Source of the DNA: an uncultured Actinomycetes bacterium
GTDB lineage: Bacteria; Actinomycetota; Thermoleophilia; RBG-16-64-13
Direction: 5' to 3'
NCBI GenBank assembly: GCA_963814365.1
Contig: CAWFCL010000004.1
Coordinates: 1,034,660 to 1,098,659 of the forward strand
Length of the DNA: 64,000 nucleotides
In this document: positions 11,306-22,300 of the stretch, in pieces
How positions within the stretch are numbered: the first letter of the stretch is position 1
Layout of the letters: each line of letters starts with the position of its first letter
The notes under the pieces: model-generated
What the model was told of the DNA's origin: nothing
What the model saw: the letters and a program-made list of their open reading frames with translations, nothing else
Database searches by the model: none
Made by a program: the position numbers and the translations under genes

Positions 11306-12952
11306 GTGGCGCTAGCAGGACTACCTCTCGAAGAACGCAATATGATCCTCGACCTGGTCTCGGATATCCGAGACAGGTTGCTGCCCGCGGAGAAACTGCG
11401 CCACTTCGATGCCGAAGAGATCTTCCCCGAAGACGTCATCCGAACACTGTTGGGGCCCGAGATTGGCCTGCAACTCCTGTTCATCCCCGAGGCCTATGGT
11501 GGCCTGGGCGGCGGCGCCCGGGACGTGGCAGCCGTCTCCGAGCAGCTCGCAAAGATCTGCTTGGGGGTCGGGACAGGCTTCTTCGCTATCCACCTGGGCG
11601 CGGACCCAATACTGGCCGCCGGCACTGAGGCCCAGAAGCAGAAGTGGTTGGGCAAGCTTGCCGAGGGCAGCTCCATCGTCGCTTACGCAGTCACCGAGGC
11701 CGAAGCAGGCAGCAATCTCTCGAACCTTAAGACGTCTGCCAGTCCCGTCACGGATGACAACGGGAATGTCACGGGATACCTCATCAACGGGTCCAAGCAG
11801 TTCATTTCTAATGGCGGCTACGCCGACTTCCTGACCGTGTTGGCTGCGACCCCACAGGGCCCCTCGTTCTTCGTTGTCGAAAAGGGCATGCCGGGCTTCA
11901 GCGCTGGCAAGCCGGAGGACAAGCACGGTATTCGAGCCTCCAATACCGCTCCTTTGACTTTCGAGGACGTTCTGGTGCCCGCCGAGAATCTCTTGGGCGA
12001 CATCCCTGGCCAAGGCTTGATCCAAGCGAACGAAGTCTTTGGCTACACCAGATTGATGGTCGCAGCCATGGGTCTGGGGGCAGGCTTCGCGGCGCTAGAG
12101 AAGGTCATTGAGTACGCAAAGGACCGCGTCCAGTTCGGTTCGCCTCTGATAGAGAAGCAGGGTTACGCACACAAGCTCGTAGTACCTTACGCGGCCAGGC
12201 TCGAAGCGGCCCGTGCGTATATTGAAGAGATAGCCGCCCGATTGGACGCTGGTGAGACAGACCTGCAGCTCGAGGGCTCGCTAGCCAAACTCTTCACCAC
12301 CGAGGCGGCCAATTCGTGTGCGGACGCCGCTATCCAAGCCCTGGGGGGCTACGGCTACGTGCGAGAGTACGACGTCGAGAGGATAAAGCGGGACGTCAAG
12401 ATCACCACTATCTACGAAGGTACCAGCGAGATCCAGCAGCTCATCGTCGGTACCATGAGATGGAAGTCGGCGGTCAGCTCCAGAGGAGCTGTCTACGACG
12501 AGATGGTCCAAACCATGAAACACGCCCACGTTGCCAACAGTGGTTTGAAGGCAGACATCCTGGCTGACGTGTTGGGTTTGGTGAAGCGTCTGTTCGCCGA
12601 AACACACAAGACGAAGGCCATCCGCCAGCAGCACGTGATGTTCCAGTTGGCAAACCTGACTTCCGTCGTTGAAACGGCCAGGGCGCTTGTGAGCAAGGTC
12701 GCGACAGGCCAAGGACTTGACCCCGGCCGTGCCGAGTTTCTCGCCCTATGCGCTCGCATCACCGTGGCCATGGCCGCGCGGGACGCTCACGCCATCGCCG
12801 CTGAGATCCTTCACGGCACCGATGTGTGGACACCCGAAGAAGCTGAGGCCGTCCTGGATTCCGCCGCATTTGACTACGCGCGCTCCCAGAACCGGACTAG
12901 TCACCGACATGGACGCGCTCCGCGCCCTCCTCTGATAGCGCGTCATGACTGA
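11306..12952 (+). CDS. Acyl-CoA dehydrogenase with extended C-terminal domain
   Basis: ACAD features (AVTEAEAGSN, IYEGTSEIQ) followed by ~170 extra C-terminal residues. GTG 11306 follows GGAGGA by 4 nt. The 777-aa track ORF upstream of this point is antisense to uvrC. Confidence 0.85.
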   Translation: MALAGLPLEERNMILDLVSDIRDRLLPAEKLRHFDAEEIFPEDVIRTLLGPEIGLQLLFIPEAYGGLGGGARDVAAVSEQLAKICLGVGTGFFAIHLGADPILAAGTEAQKQKWLGKLAEGSSIVAYAVTEAEAGSNLSNLKTSASPVTDDNGNVTGYLINGSKQFISNGGYADFLTVLAATPQGPSFFVVEKGMPGFSAGKPEDKHGIRASNTAPLTFEDVLVPAENLLGDIPGQGLIQANEVFGYTRLMVAAMGLGAGFAALEKVIEYAKDRVQFGSPLIEKQGYAHKLVVPYAARLEAARAYIEEIAARLDAGETDLQLEGSLAKLFTTEAANSCADAAIQALGGYGYVREYDVERIKRDVKITTIYEGTSEIQQLIVGTMRWKSAVSSRGAVYDEMVQTMKHAHVANSGLKADILADVLGLVKRLFAETHKTKAIRQQHVMFQLANLTSVVETARALVSKVATGQGLDPGRAEFLALCARITVAMAARDAHAIAAEILHGTDVWTPEEAEAVLDSAAFDYARSQNRTSHRHGRAPRPPLIARHD

Positions 12953-14003
12953 TATAGCTGCTCTTCTCACGAAGCTTGCCGATGCACACGGCCTCTCCGG
13001 CTATGAGGACGACGTGGCCACGATACTCAAGGAAGAGTTGGAGCCACTGGTCGACGAGGTGTCTGTCGACAGGATGGGTAACGTGGTGGGAATCCGGCGC
13101 GGCGAAGGACCCACGGTCATGGTAGCCGCTCACATGGACGAGATAGGCCTCATGGTCTCGCACGTGGACGACGAAGGCTTTCTTCGCTTCGTGCCCATGG
13201 GTGGGTGGTCCGATCAGACCATCTTGGGCCAGCGTGTGCTTGTCCACACTCGCGAGGGTAAGCGTATCCCCGCGGTGGTAGGCTCACGGCCGCCTCATCT
13301 CATGGACGCCGAAGAGCGCAAGAAGCTCGTCAAGATCAAGGACATGTTCCTCGATTGCGGGGCAGCCGATGCAGCCCAGGCTGCCGCGATGGGCATCGAG
13401 ATCGGCGCACCCGTGACTGTCGACCGGCAACTCATCCCCCTTGGGGCAGACTTGGTCACCGGCAAAGCCCTGGACAATCGCGCGGGTTGCGCAATCATGA
13501 TCGTTGCCCTCTCGCTGCTCAAAGGCCAGAAGATCAAGGCCAACGTACAGGCGGTAGGCACCGTGCAGGAAGAGGTGGGGCTGAAGGGTGCCCGCACCAG
13601 CGCCTACGGACTCTCACCGGACGTAGCCATCGCCACCGACGTGACGATCCCGGGCGACCATCCAGGTGTGACCAAGAATGACTCATCGGTGGCACTTGGC
13701 AAAGGGCCGGTGATCACCATAATAGACGCGGCTGGAAGAGGAGTCATCTCTCCGCGCCCAGTGCTACGCTGGTTGAGAGAGACCGCTGAGAAAGCCTCAC
13801 TACCGCATCAGTTGCAGGTGGGCAACGGCGGAACCACAGACGCGACCGCCATAGGTATCACCAAAACGGGCATCCCCTGCAGTGTGGTGAGCGTCGCTGC
13901 TCGCTACATACACTCGCCGGTAGAGGTTCTCTCGCTCAAGGATCTCGAACAGACCGCGGCCCTTATAGCGGCTGCCATCAGTTCGGCTCACCAGTACTTC
14001 TAG
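12945..14003 (+). CDS. M42 family metallopeptidase (glutamyl aminopeptidase / FrvX / CelM-like)
   Basis: 352 aa. N-terminus LSGYEDDV...VDRMGNVVG and overall M42 pattern. ATG overlaps the stop of the preceding gene by 8 nt. Confidence 0.85.
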   Translation: MTDIAALLTKLADAHGLSGYEDDVATILKEELEPLVDEVSVDRMGNVVGIRRGEGPTVMVAAHMDEIGLMVSHVDDEGFLRFVPMGGWSDQTILGQRVLVHTREGKRIPAVVGSRPPHLMDAEERKKLVKIKDMFLDCGAADAAQAAAMGIEIGAPVTVDRQLIPLGADLVTGKALDNRAGCAIMIVALSLLKGQKIKANVQAVGTVQEEVGLKGARTSAYGLSPDVAIATDVTIPGDHPGVTKNDSSVALGKGPVITIIDAAGRGVISPRPVLRWLRETAEKASLPHQLQVGNGGTTDATAIGITKTGIPCSVVSVAARYIHSPVEVLSLKDLEQTAALIAAAISSAHQYF

Positions 14004-15345
14004 TCCCCTGCACGCGTCGCCAGCCATTGGCGGTCCGCACGATATCCCCGGCCAGCGCAGGCGGCACGCGCCCGTGAACACCCACGTCCTCGTCACCATA
14101 TTCGAACTCGACTTGCCCCCGTTCCCTGGTCCGCGCAAGTAGATCGCCCGCTGAGTAAGGCAGCCGTTCGTCCACCTCGATCCACAACTCAGACAGGACA
14201 CTGGCTACCGCATCCTTCAAGGCGCCAAGGCCCTCACCAAGCATGGCTGAGACCCGGACTGAGATCCTGTCATCACGACCTAGAACGCCCAAAGCAGCCG
14301 TCTCGTCTCCAGGAACCAGATCCACCTTGTTGAGTACGACTATTCGAGGCTTATCTCCAGCGCCCAGCCCGTCAAGGACTTTCTGCACGGTACGGCGGTG
14401 CTCGGCCGCGTGCGGGTCCGCCACATCCACTACTTCGATCAGCGCGTCCGCCCTGGTCACCTCTTCGAGCGTCGCCTGAAATGCCTCGACCAGTTGATGG
14501 GGCAATTTGTGTATGAAGCCCACCGTGTCGCTGACTATGACCATCTGGCCCTCGCTCAAGCGTACGCGCCTTGTGGTGGGGTCGAGAGTCGCGAACAGCA
14601 TGTCTTCGACCATGGTAGCGTCCTCCCCCACCAGGGTATTGAGCAGCGTGGACTTACCCGCGTTCGTGTAGCCAACAATCGCAAGGGTCGGCAACAGTCT
14701 GCGCTCACGCGCGCGGGCTGCGGTCTCTCGCCTGGACCGCACCTCTTCCACCCGCTTACGTGTCTTCTTGATGCGCTCGCGTAACACCCTTCGGTCCGTC
14801 TCCAACTGCGTCTCGCCGGGACCACGGCGTGTACCGATGCCGCCGCCCATGCGAGACAGATGGGTCCACATCCGGGTCAGGCGAGGCAACTGATATTCGA
14901 GCCGCGCCAGTTCCACTTGGATACGCCCTTCGTGGGTGTGGGCCCGTTGAGCAAAGATGTCCAAAATGATCGCGCTCCGGTCGAGCACCTTGACCTTGAG
15001 CAGGTCCTCCAGCGCACGTTGCTGTTTGGGTGACAGCTCGTCGTCGGCCACCAGCATGGTGAAGCCCGTCTCTGACTTGGCCTGTCGCAACTCGTCGGCC
15101 TTGCCGCTGCCCAGGTAGGTCAAGGGATGGGCGGCGTCGCGGCGCTGAAGCGACCTCCCCACCACCTCGCCCCCCGCCGACTCAACCAGAGAGGCCAACT
15201 CGATCAACGACTCCTCAGCCGTCCAGCCGTCATCTCCACCGGTGTCCACCGCTATGAGATACGCGCGCTCCAGGGCCGCCTCCGCAGCGATCCCGGCTTC
15301 GCGCAGACCCGCTTCCCAGCTGCCCTTGTCTTCAACGCCACTCAC
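13978..15345 (-). CDS. hflX: GTPase HflX
   Basis: HflX N-domain plus G-domain (GYTNAGKST, DTVGF, NKVD). GTG 15345 lies 1 nt after the uvrA stop and is preceded by AAGGGGGA. The longer track ORF overlaps uvrA. Confidence 0.92.
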   Translation of the reverse strand: MSGVEDKGSWEAGLREAGIAAEAALERAYLIAVDTGGDDGWTAEESLIELASLVESAGGEVVGRSLQRRDAAHPLTYLGSGKADELRQAKSETGFTMLVADDELSPKQQRALEDLLKVKVLDRSAIILDIFAQRAHTHEGRIQVELARLEYQLPRLTRMWTHLSRMGGGIGTRRGPGETQLETDRRVLRERIKKTRKRVEEVRSRRETAARARERRLLPTLAIVGYTNAGKSTLLNTLVGEDATMVEDMLFATLDPTTRRVRLSEGQMVIVSDTVGFIHKLPHQLVEAFQATLEEVTRADALIEVVDVADPHAAEHRRTVQKVLDGLGAGDKPRIVVLNKVDLVPGDETAALGVLGRDDRISVRVSAMLGEGLGALKDAVASVLSELWIEVDERLPYSAGDLLARTRERGQVEFEYGDEDVGVHGRVPPALAGDIVRTANGWRRVQGTRSTGEPN

Positions 15346-15346
15346 G

Positions 15347-18223
15347 TTATGATCCCCCTTGCGGGCATTCGGACTCGCCGAAGCTGTTGAAACAGGCCAG
15401 GACCCGCCTGAGCACCTTGCCGGTCTCGCTCGTCGGATGCGCACTCACCATTTCAGGAGTCCCAGCGACCACGAGTTCGCCACCTCGCTCTCCCCCCTCC
15501 GGACCCAGGTCTATCAGCCAATCCGCGCTCTTGATCACATCCACGTTGTGCTCGATGACCAGCACAGTGTTGCCGGCGTCTACCAAGCGCTGAAGAACCT
15601 CCAGCAGTTTCTCTGTGTCGGCGAAGTGCAGACCGGTGGTGGGCTCGTCCAAAATGTAGAGGGTGTTGCCGGTGGCGACTTTGGCCAACTCCGTCGCCAG
15701 TTTCACCCTCTGAGCCTCGCCCCCAGAGAGCGTCGTAGATGGTTGTCCAAGCTTGATGTACTCCAGCCCCACGTCTGCAAGCGTCTGCAGTCGCCTTCGG
15801 ATCTTCGGCTGATTGACGAAGAACTCGACCGCCTCCTCAACACTCATGTCAAGAACCTCGGCTATGTTCTTCCCCTTGAAGCGGACCTCAAGCGTCTCTC
15901 GGTCGTAGCGTTTGCCCTGGCAAACCTCGCAGGGTACGTAGATGTCGGGCAAGAAATGCATCTCGATCTTTAGGGTGCCGTCCCCCTTGCAGGCCTCACA
16001 GCGCCCGCCCTTCACGTTGAAACTGAACCTACCAGGCGAATAGCCCCTCACCTTGGCTTCCGGAGTCTGAGAGAACAGCTCTCGTATGTGGTCAAAGACC
16101 CCAGTGTAGGTTGCTGGGTTGGAGCGAGGCGTCCTGCCTATCGGCGACTGGTCGATATCGATGACCTTGTCCAACTGCTCTATGCCGTCGATGCGATCGT
16201 GCTCCCCTGGGCGTACCGGCACTCGGTTCACAATATTCGACAGACTCCGGTAGATGATCTCGTTCACAAGCGTCGACTTGCCCGAGCCCGATACGCCTGT
16301 GACACAAACAAACGCTCCTATGGGCACTGTGACATCAAGGTTCTTGAGATTGTGCTCACGAGCCCCTCGGACCACGAACTCGCCCTTGCCGACACGTCGA
16401 GCGCCGGGCACCTCGATGCTTCTACGGCCCGACAGGAATTGCCCAGTAACGGAGCGCTCCTCGCCAAGAACGTCAGACAGCGTCCCGCTCACTACGATCT
16501 CGCCACCATGCTCGCCCGCGCCCGGCCCCATGTCCACCAGGTGATCAGCCGACCGCATCGTCTCTTCGTCATGCTCGACGACTATCACAGTATTGCCAAG
16601 GTCTCTTAGCCGCAGCAAAGTATCGATCAGCTTTCGATTGTCCCTCTGGTGAAGACCTATGGACGGCTCGTCCAAGATGTATAAGACCCCCACCAGGCTT
16701 GACCCTATCTGTGTGGCCAACCTGATCCGTTGCGCCTCTCCCCCTGATAGGGTCCCAGAGCTGCGATGAAGGCTGAGGTAGCCCACACCCACTGACTCGA
16801 GGAAGTCGAGCCGCTCACGAATCTCCTTCAGGACCCGCTCACCTATAAGTCGCTCCCGCTCGCTGAGCTCCAGTCCGTCCAAGAACTCCATGGCTCCGGT
16901 GATCGAAAGCCGGCTGAGCTCATTTATGTTCAGCCCGCCGATCTTGACGGCCAAGGTGGAGGGTTTCAGTCGAGCCCCCCCACAGGATGGGCAGGGACGG
17001 TCGGTCATGAACTCCTCTATGTGTTGACGCATGTACTCCGAATCGGTCTCTCGGTAGCGTCTTTCCAGGTTGGGCACTATGCCCTCGAAGATCGTCATGT
17101 AGCTGCGCTTGAGGCCGGCGCGATTGACGTACGAGACAAAGAGCCGCTCTCCACCGGTGCCATAGAACAGAATGTCTTTGACCTGCTGCGGAAGCTCAGC
17201 CCACGGTAGCTTCATGTCCACTTCGTATCGTTCGGCGATCGCCTTGATGATCTGGTCGTAGTACTGAGAACTACTGCCACGCCATGGCAGGAGCACGCCT
17301 TCCTCCACGGACAGCGAAGAGTCGCCCACCAGCAGCTGCGGGTCTATCTCGCGCCGCGCGCCGAGGCCACCGCATGTTTCACACGCCCCATGCGGAGAGT
17401 TGAACGAGAAGATGCGCGGCGCCATCTCGGGCAGCGACACACCGTGCTCTGCACAAGCCAGATTCTCTGAGAACAGAAGGCTAGTGAACCCCTCTTCGCC
17501 CTTTCGGACGTCCACTAGCATGAGGCCATGCGCCTCAGACAGAGCGGTCTCCACCGAGTCTGCCAAGCGGCGGCGGATACCCTCTTTCATGACCATGCGA
17601 TCCACGACGATGTTCAGGTCGTGGCGCACGTTCTTGTCCAGATCGGGCAACTGCTCATCCATGCTGTGCTCGTGTCCATCTATCTCGACGCGACTGAAGC
17701 CCTCTTGGCGGACGTGTTCGATGATCTCCTTGTGCCATCCTTTGAGCCCTCTCACCACAGGAGCCTTGATGACGAACCGCGTTCCATTTTCTAGTCCCAC
17801 AATCTGGTCGACTATCTGTTCTCTGCTCTGCCCCTCGATGGCCCGTCCGCATATCCAACAATGTGGATGCCCAATGCGCGCATAGAGCAGCCGCAAGTAG
17901 TCGTATATCTCGGTGACCGTCCCGACTGTAGAGCGAGGATTTCGCGAAGTGGTCTTCTGGTCTATGGAGATTGCCGGAGAAAGACCCTCTATGGAGTCGA
18001 CATCCGGCTTGTTCATCTGACCTAGAAACTGGCGCGCATACGCGGAAAGACTCTCGACATACCTTCGCTGACCTTCGGCATAGATTGTGTCAAACGCCAG
18101 GCTCGACTTGCCCGAGCCGGACAGTCCGGTCATCACGATGAAGCGGTCACGTGGGAGAGTTAGAGAGATATCCTTGAGATTGTGCTCCCGAGCCCCCACG
18201 ATGATGATCTCATTAGCGCCCAT
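15347..18223 (-). CDS. uvrA: Excinuclease ABC subunit A
   Basis: 958 aa with two ABC ATPase modules ([18 protein letters not shown]) and CxxC zinc modules. Confidence 0.98.
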   Translation of the reverse strand: MGANEIIIVGAREHNLKDISLTLPRDRFIVMTGLSGSGKSSLAFDTIYAEGQRRYVESLSAYARQFLGQMNKPDVDSIEGLSPAISIDQKTTSRNPRSTVGTVTEIYDYLRLLYARIGHPHCWICGRAIEGQSREQIVDQIVGLENGTRFVIKAPVVRGLKGWHKEIIEHVRQEGFSRVEIDGHEHSMDEQLPDLDKNVRHDLNIVVDRMVMKEGIRRRLADSVETALSEAHGLMLVDVRKGEEGFTSLLFSENLACAEHGVSLPEMAPRIFSFNSPHGACETCGGLGARREIDPQLLVGDSSLSVEEGVLLPWRGSSSQYYDQIIKAIAERYEVDMKLPWAELPQQVKDILFYGTGGERLFVSYVNRAGLKRSYMTIFEGIVPNLERRYRETDSEYMRQHIEEFMTDRPCPSCGGARLKPSTLAVKIGGLNINELSRLSITGAMEFLDGLELSERERLIGERVLKEIRERLDFLESVGVGYLSLHRSSGTLSGGEAQRIRLATQIGSSLVGVLYILDEPSIGLHQRDNRKLIDTLLRLRDLGNTVIVVEHDEETMRSADHLVDMGPGAGEHGGEIVVSGTLSDVLGEERSVTGQFLSGRRSIEVPGARRVGKGEFVVRGAREHNLKNLDVTVPIGAFVCVTGVSGSGKSTLVNEIIYRSLSNIVNRVPVRPGEHDRIDGIEQLDKVIDIDQSPIGRTPRSNPATYTGVFDHIRELFSQTPEAKVRGYSPGRFSFNVKGGRCEACKGDGTLKIEMHFLPDIYVPCEVCQGKRYDRETLEVRFKGKNIAEVLDMSVEEAVEFFVNQPKIRRRLQTLADVGLEYIKLGQPSTTLSGGEAQRVKLATELAKVATGNTLYILDEPTTGLHFADTEKLLEVLQRLVDAGNTVLVIEHNVDVIKSADWLIDLGPEGGERGGELVVAGTPEMVSAHPTSETGKVLRRVLACFNSFGESECPQGGS

Positions 18224-18232
18224 TGCAGAGGG

Positions 18233-18238
18233 ATTCTA
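18233..18238 (-). promoter_or_regulatory. Candidate -10 box (TAGAAT) for uvrA, giving a near-leaderless mRNA
   Basis: Minus strand reads TAGAAT, then 9 nt, then the ATG of uvrA. There is no SD in between. Confidence 0.4.
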
Positions 18239-18284
18239 GCAGTTGCCGTCACACGACTTGCGCACCATTCTCGGCAACGTCATG

Positions 18285-19439
18285 CTACTGCGAGGACTGC
18301 GACATCAGTTGAGCCTTCAGCGCCGCTATCCTCTCCCTCTGCCCTCCAATACCAGAATCGTCGGCAAGGCTCGATCGGCTGTGCAACACCGCGAGCGTGA
18401 TCTGCTCCCGCATCAGCCGTTTGGCAATAGCTCTGGCCCGCACTCCTTGTGCACGTTTGATGCGACGCAGCTCCTTGCGCCTCCTGTGACCGCTCTGCAG
18501 CACGTAGTATTCGCCCTTCGACACTGCGGGTCCACCTACCTCAGGCCGCATCAGACAGCCGAATACGCGCTTCTCACGCTTTCGGGCGAAAATCACGAGC
18601 ATGGACAGCAGTATCAAGAAGGGCAGACCCTTGATGACCAGGGCCCCCACAAAGCCGTAGGCGCCCCTGGCCATCAGGGATTCCATCCAGGGTGAGTTCC
18701 ACACAAAATGCGCGGCCCATGCGAGGAAGGAGCAGCCGATCAGCACTCCTGTGCGCCTTACCAAGGGGCGTGACCTTTGCGTGACGAAATACGCGAAACC
18801 GAACCCGACGAAGCCACTGAAGAGCATGTGGCTGTATAGCCCCGAAACCACCACCCGAAGAAAGAAGCTGCTAATGACCGCGCTGCTTGCGCCACCTCGG
18901 CCTGCCGACGCTACCATGAAGTACTGCACGTTTTCCACCACCTGAAAACCGAGACCGATCATCGCGCCATAGATGAGCCCATCCATAACGTTGTCGATCT
19001 CTCGGCGTGCCATCAGGTAGATCAGCACCAGACCCAACCCCTTGTACAGCTCCTCGTTCACGGGTGCAGTAAGAGCAGCGGCCCACGCGTCAACGGTCCT
19101 AGCCGGGATCAAATGCTGCAAGAATCCATTCATATGGCTATTCGCTATGGCCCCGAAGGTGACGGCCACAACGCCGCCCCAAATGACCGCCACCGCGATC
19201 AAAGACGCTGGTTCGGGTTCGAACTCGTCCAGGCGGTAGAGGATGACCCCCGCGGGTATGGCCGTGGCCGCCAGTAGCACGATCGACAGCATCCAGGCAG
19301 AAGGATAGGCGGCAAAGTAGCGCGCCTGCGTTGCCAGGACCAGGGAGGCGCACCCCACTACCAGCGCCCAGAAGACCCAGAACGCGGCCTGGTGACTCAA
19401 GCGCTGCTGCGGAACCATCAGCGAGCGACCGCCACTCAT
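18285..19439 (-). CDS. PrsW-family intramembrane protease
   Basis: Polytopic membrane protein with NEELYKGLG (EExxK) and a later AAHFVWN motif. ATG 19439 overlaps the upstream stop (ATGA). The track ORF extends to 19580. Confidence 0.75.
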   Translation of the reverse strand: MSGGRSLMVPQQRLSHQAAFWVFWALVVGCASLVLATQARYFAAYPSAWMLSIVLLAATAIPAGVILYRLDEFEPEPASLIAVAVIWGGVVAVTFGAIANSHMNGFLQHLIPARTVDAWAAALTAPVNEELYKGLGLVLIYLMARREIDNVMDGLIYGAMIGLGFQVVENVQYFMVASAGRGGASSAVISSFFLRVVVSGLYSHMLFSGFVGFGFAYFVTQRSRPLVRRTGVLIGCSFLAWAAHFVWNSPWMESLMARGAYGFVGALVIKGLPFLILLSMLVIFARKREKRVFGCLMRPEVGGPAVSKGEYYVLQSGHRRRKELRRIKRAQGVRARAIAKRLMREQITLAVLHSRSSLADDSGIGGQRERIAALKAQLMSQSSQ

Positions 19440-20047
19440 TGAGGCACCTTGATGTTGGCGAGCATCGTGTCGATGTCGCCCTGTACCCAACTCAACTGCC
19501 CCTTCAGAGTCTCCGCCAACATCACCACACTTGTGCCGGCATGGCTTAGCACCACCAACTGGTTCTCCTCGTACCCCCAATCGGTCAGACCAGAGAACCG
19601 CACCGTCAATCCCGGCAGATCCTTAGCCACCGTCACCGGCCCCACGGGCAGATTGCGGAAGGACTCAAACGAAGGTCTCAGTTCCTCTAAGACCATGGTC
19701 AGCAGATCCTCGTTCGTCCCCCGAAACTCGTCTACCCAGAAAGCCACATAGACGCCGCTCTTCTGCAGCGCTACACCTGTCTCCCCGACATCCCACTCGT
19801 CGGCCGCCGAATACCACCCATCGGCAGGCGTCACAACCACACCCCGACTGACTGCGATGGGCAGCTCGATATTGGGATCGTTGCGTGCCACCACGGCTGC
19901 CGCCCCATAGATCAACATAAGCCAGCCGAACATGACCACCAGTATAAGCAGAGCCCCCTTGGCCGAGGACTTCGGGGACTCACCCCCTGGGGGCTGCAGG
20001 ATCAGTTCGCAGTCGAGATCGGTCGTTGGCTCCTTGCGGCGGCTCAC
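19436..20047 (-). CDS. Hypothetical single-pass membrane protein
   Basis: 203 aa with a charged N-terminus, one TM helix (ALLILVVMFGWLMLIYGAAAVV) and a ~140-aa extracytoplasmic domain. Translationally coupled to the PrsW gene. I recognise no family. Confidence 0.6.
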   Translation of the reverse strand: MSRRKEPTTDLDCELILQPPGGESPKSSAKGALLILVVMFGWLMLIYGAAAVVARNDPNIELPIAVSRGVVVTPADGWYSAADEWDVGETGVALQKSGVYVAFWVDEFRGTNEDLLTMVLEELRPSFESFRNLPVGPVTVAKDLPGLTVRFSGLTDWGYEENQLVVLSHAGTSVVMLAETLKGQLSWVQGDIDTMLANIKVPQ

Positions 20048-20172
20048 GCCTAGAGAACCTCCTGATAGGCTCGGAGAGTCGCTACAGACTTTACCAGGCC
20101 AAGCACGCCGTCTACCCAGTCATGCATGCGTTGAGAGGGAATCCGACCCGAGAGAGTCCGCCCCTGAACGGC

Positions 20173-20201
20173 GATCGGCCCGGCTGAATGCCGGGCCGAT
20201 C
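20173..20201 (-). terminator. Perfect 12-bp hairpin just downstream of tRNA-Ala
   Basis: GATCGGCCCGGC (20173-20184), 5-nt loop, GCCGGGCCGATC (20190-20201). Lies 10 nt 3' of the tRNA. No U-tract. Confidence 0.45.
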
Positions 20202-20210
20202 ATCCCGATT

Positions 20211-20286
20211 TGGTGGAGGTAAGGGGATTCGAACCCCTGACCTCAACGCTGCCAGCGTCGCGCTCTCCCAACTGAGCTATACCCCC
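20211..20286 (-). tRNA. tRNA-Ala (anticodon GGC), CCA encoded
   Basis: Hand-folded cloverleaf: acceptor GGGGGUA/UACCUCC with the G3:U70 Ala identity pair, anticodon loop CUGGCAG, T-loop UUCGAAU, 3' ACCA. Confidence 0.95.
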
Positions 20287-20347
20287 ACGGGCGGCCACGG
20301 ATTATAGCCCTTGACCCCCTCGGACGCAACCGGCCGCCAGGTAAGGG

Positions 20348-20779
20348 CTACTCACTCACCTCTTCGGTCGGTGCTTCTTTCCAAAGGACTTCGAGTCTGT
20401 AGAAATCCCTCGCCTCGGGCGTGAACACGTGCACCACGAAATCGAGAAAGTCGATAAGTATCCACTCGCCGTCCTTGCCGCCTTCGGTTCCCGCGGGTAG
20501 CAGTCCCGACGCTCTCTTCACCTGGTGCGCCACCTCTTCTGCGATGCGTCGAGTGAGCCGAGCGTTCCTTCCCGTACACAGCACCATGAAGTCGGTGTAG
20601 CTGACCATCTCGTGAACGTCTAGAATCTTGACGTCCTCGCCCTTGACGTCGACCGCAGCCTTGGCCGCGATCATCGCCGTCTGCCGAACACTCTCCAGGT
20701 CCACGGGTTCCCCCGCCGGCCTTTCTCGCAGGCGCTTCTCCAACTCCACCAATCTCGGATCCACCGGCCCTACTCCCAC
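20348..20779 (-). CDS. rsfS: Ribosome silencing factor RsfS (iojap)
   Basis: Motifs [15 protein letters not shown] and [16 protein letters not shown]. Start uncertain: GTG 20779 overlaps the guaA end, and GTG 20764 is an alternative. Confidence 0.88.
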   Translation of the reverse strand: MGVGPVDPRLVELEKRLRERPAGEPVDLESVRQTAMIAAKAAVDVKGEDVKILDVHEMVSYTDFMVLCTGRNARLTRRIAEEVAHQVKRASGLLPAGTEGGKDGEWILIDFLDFVVHVFTPEARDFYRLEVLWKEAPTEEVSE

Positions 20780-22296
20780 TCGATGGTCGACGGCGGTTTG
20801 CTCGAGATATCAAGCGCCACGCGGTTGACTCCGCCCACTTCGTTGATGATCCTTTGGGAGATCACCTCTAAGAGATCGTAGGGCAAGCGTGCCCAGTCGG
20901 CCGTCATGGCGTCTTTGGATGTCACAGCTCTGATGATTATGGGGTACGAATACGTCCGCTCGTCACCCATGACACCCACGCTGCGAATGGCAGGCAACAC
21001 CGCAAAGGTCTGCCACAGTTCGCGATAGAGGCCGGCCTTCTTGACCTCGTCTAGCAATATGAAATCTGCCTTGCGCAGGACGTCGAGCCTCTCCTGCGTC
21101 ACATCCCCGATGATCCGGATAGCAAGACCCGGACCCGGGAACGGTTGCCGCCAAACCATGTCTTCGGGAAGGCCCAGTTCTTCGCCCACTATCCTGACCT
21201 CGTCCTTGAAGAGCATGCGCAGCGGCTCGACCAGCTCGAAGTCCACGTCTTCCGGCAGACCTCCGACATTGTGATGCGATTTGATGAGCGCAGCCGACTT
21301 GGTGCCAGATTCGATAACGTCAGGGTAGATGGTGCCCTGTACCAGGAACTTCGCTTTGCCCAGCTTGTGCGACTCTTCCTCGAACGTTCGGATGAACTCC
21401 TCGCCGATGATCTTGCGTTTCTGCTCAGGATCGGTAATCCCTTGCAGTCTGGACAAGAATCGCTCTTGCGCACGCACATGCACTAGGGGCACGTGGAAAT
21501 GTCGCCGGAAGGTGTCCTCGACCTGTTCGGCCTCCCGCTCCCTCATCAGTCCGTGGTCGACGAAGATGCACGTCAACTGCTCGCCCACCGCCTTGTAGAC
21601 GATCAACGCAGCGACAGCCGAGTCCACCCCTCCAGAAAGACCGCAGACCACGCTCTGCTTGCCCACCTGCTGCCGTACACGTTCCACTGCTTCTTCGATG
21701 ATGGAGGCTGGGGTCCAAGTCGGCGCCAAGTCGCAGATCTTGTACAGGAAGTTCTTTAGTATGTCCTGCCCGTGTAAGGTGTGCTGAACTTCGGGGTGAA
21801 ACTGCACGCCGTACAGCCCAGCCGCGCAGTCCTCCATGGCCGCCACAGGAAAGTTGGGACTGGCAGCGGTCACCGAGAACCCGGCCGGTACCTCGACTAC
21901 CGAATCCCCATGGCTCATCCAGCAAGCACTCTCTTTGGGCAAGCCGGCGAGAAGCTCACTCTTGCCGCTCAGCGATAGGGTGCGCCCCCCGTACTCCGCG
22001 GCACCCGTCCGCTCGACCTTGCCCCCTTTGATCTTGGCCATCAACTGAAGTCCATAGCAGATGCCAAGAACGGGGACCCCCAGCTCCAAGAGCGCGGGGT
22101 CGATGGCGGGTGAACCATCGTCGTTGACGCTGCGCGGTCCTCCCGAGAGGATTATGCCGCCCGGCTTCGCTTCCGCGATCTCTTGCGCCGGCGTGTCGTA
22201 GGGCACCAGCTCAGAATAGACTCGGCACTCCCTTACGCGACGCGCTATGAGCTGTGAATACTGGCCACCAAAGTCCATAACCAGGACTTTCTTCAA
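20770..22296 (-). CDS. guaA: Glutamine-hydrolysing GMP synthase
   Basis: GATase domain (VLGICYG), ATP-PPase P-loop SGGVDS, C-terminal ...[11 protein letters not shown] 22296 follows GGGGGTGA and sits just after the upstream stop. ATG 22278 is an alternative. Confidence 0.95.
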   Translation of the reverse strand: MKKVLVMDFGGQYSQLIARRVRECRVYSELVPYDTPAQEIAEAKPGGIILSGGPRSVNDDGSPAIDPALLELGVPVLGICYGLQLMAKIKGGKVERTGAAEYGGRTLSLSGKSELLAGLPKESACWMSHGDSVVEVPAGFSVTAASPNFPVAAMEDCAAGLYGVQFHPEVQHTLHGQDILKNFLYKICDLAPTWTPASIIEEAVERVRQQVGKQSVVCGLSGGVDSAVAALIVYKAVGEQLTCIFVDHGLMREREAEQVEDTFRRHFHVPLVHVRAQERFLSRLQGITDPEQKRKIIGEEFIRTFEEESHKLGKAKFLVQGTIYPDVIESGTKSAALIKSHHNVGGLPEDVDFELVEPLRMLFKDEVRIVGEELGLPEDMVWRQPFPGPGLAIRIIGDVTQERLDVLRKADFILLDEVKKAGLYRELWQTFAVLPAIRSVGVMGDERTYSYPIIIRAVTSKDAMTADWARLPYDLLEVISQRIINEVGGVNRVALDISSKPPSTIEWE

Positions 22297-22300
22297 CTCT

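Noticed and set aside
18242-18278. Inverted repeat GTTGCCG-N23-CGGCAAC upstream of uvrA as a possible SOS (LexA) box
   Set aside because: It does not resemble the Gram-positive GAAC-N4-GTTC or actinobacterial TCGAAC-N4-GTTCGA consensus, and the spacer is far too long for a LexA dimer. It may just be a weak hairpin after the prsW-like gene.
20352-20813. 153-aa alternative-frame ORF overlapping rsfS
   Set aside because: It has R/G-rich low-complexity translation, and the other frame gives a textbook RsfS sequence.
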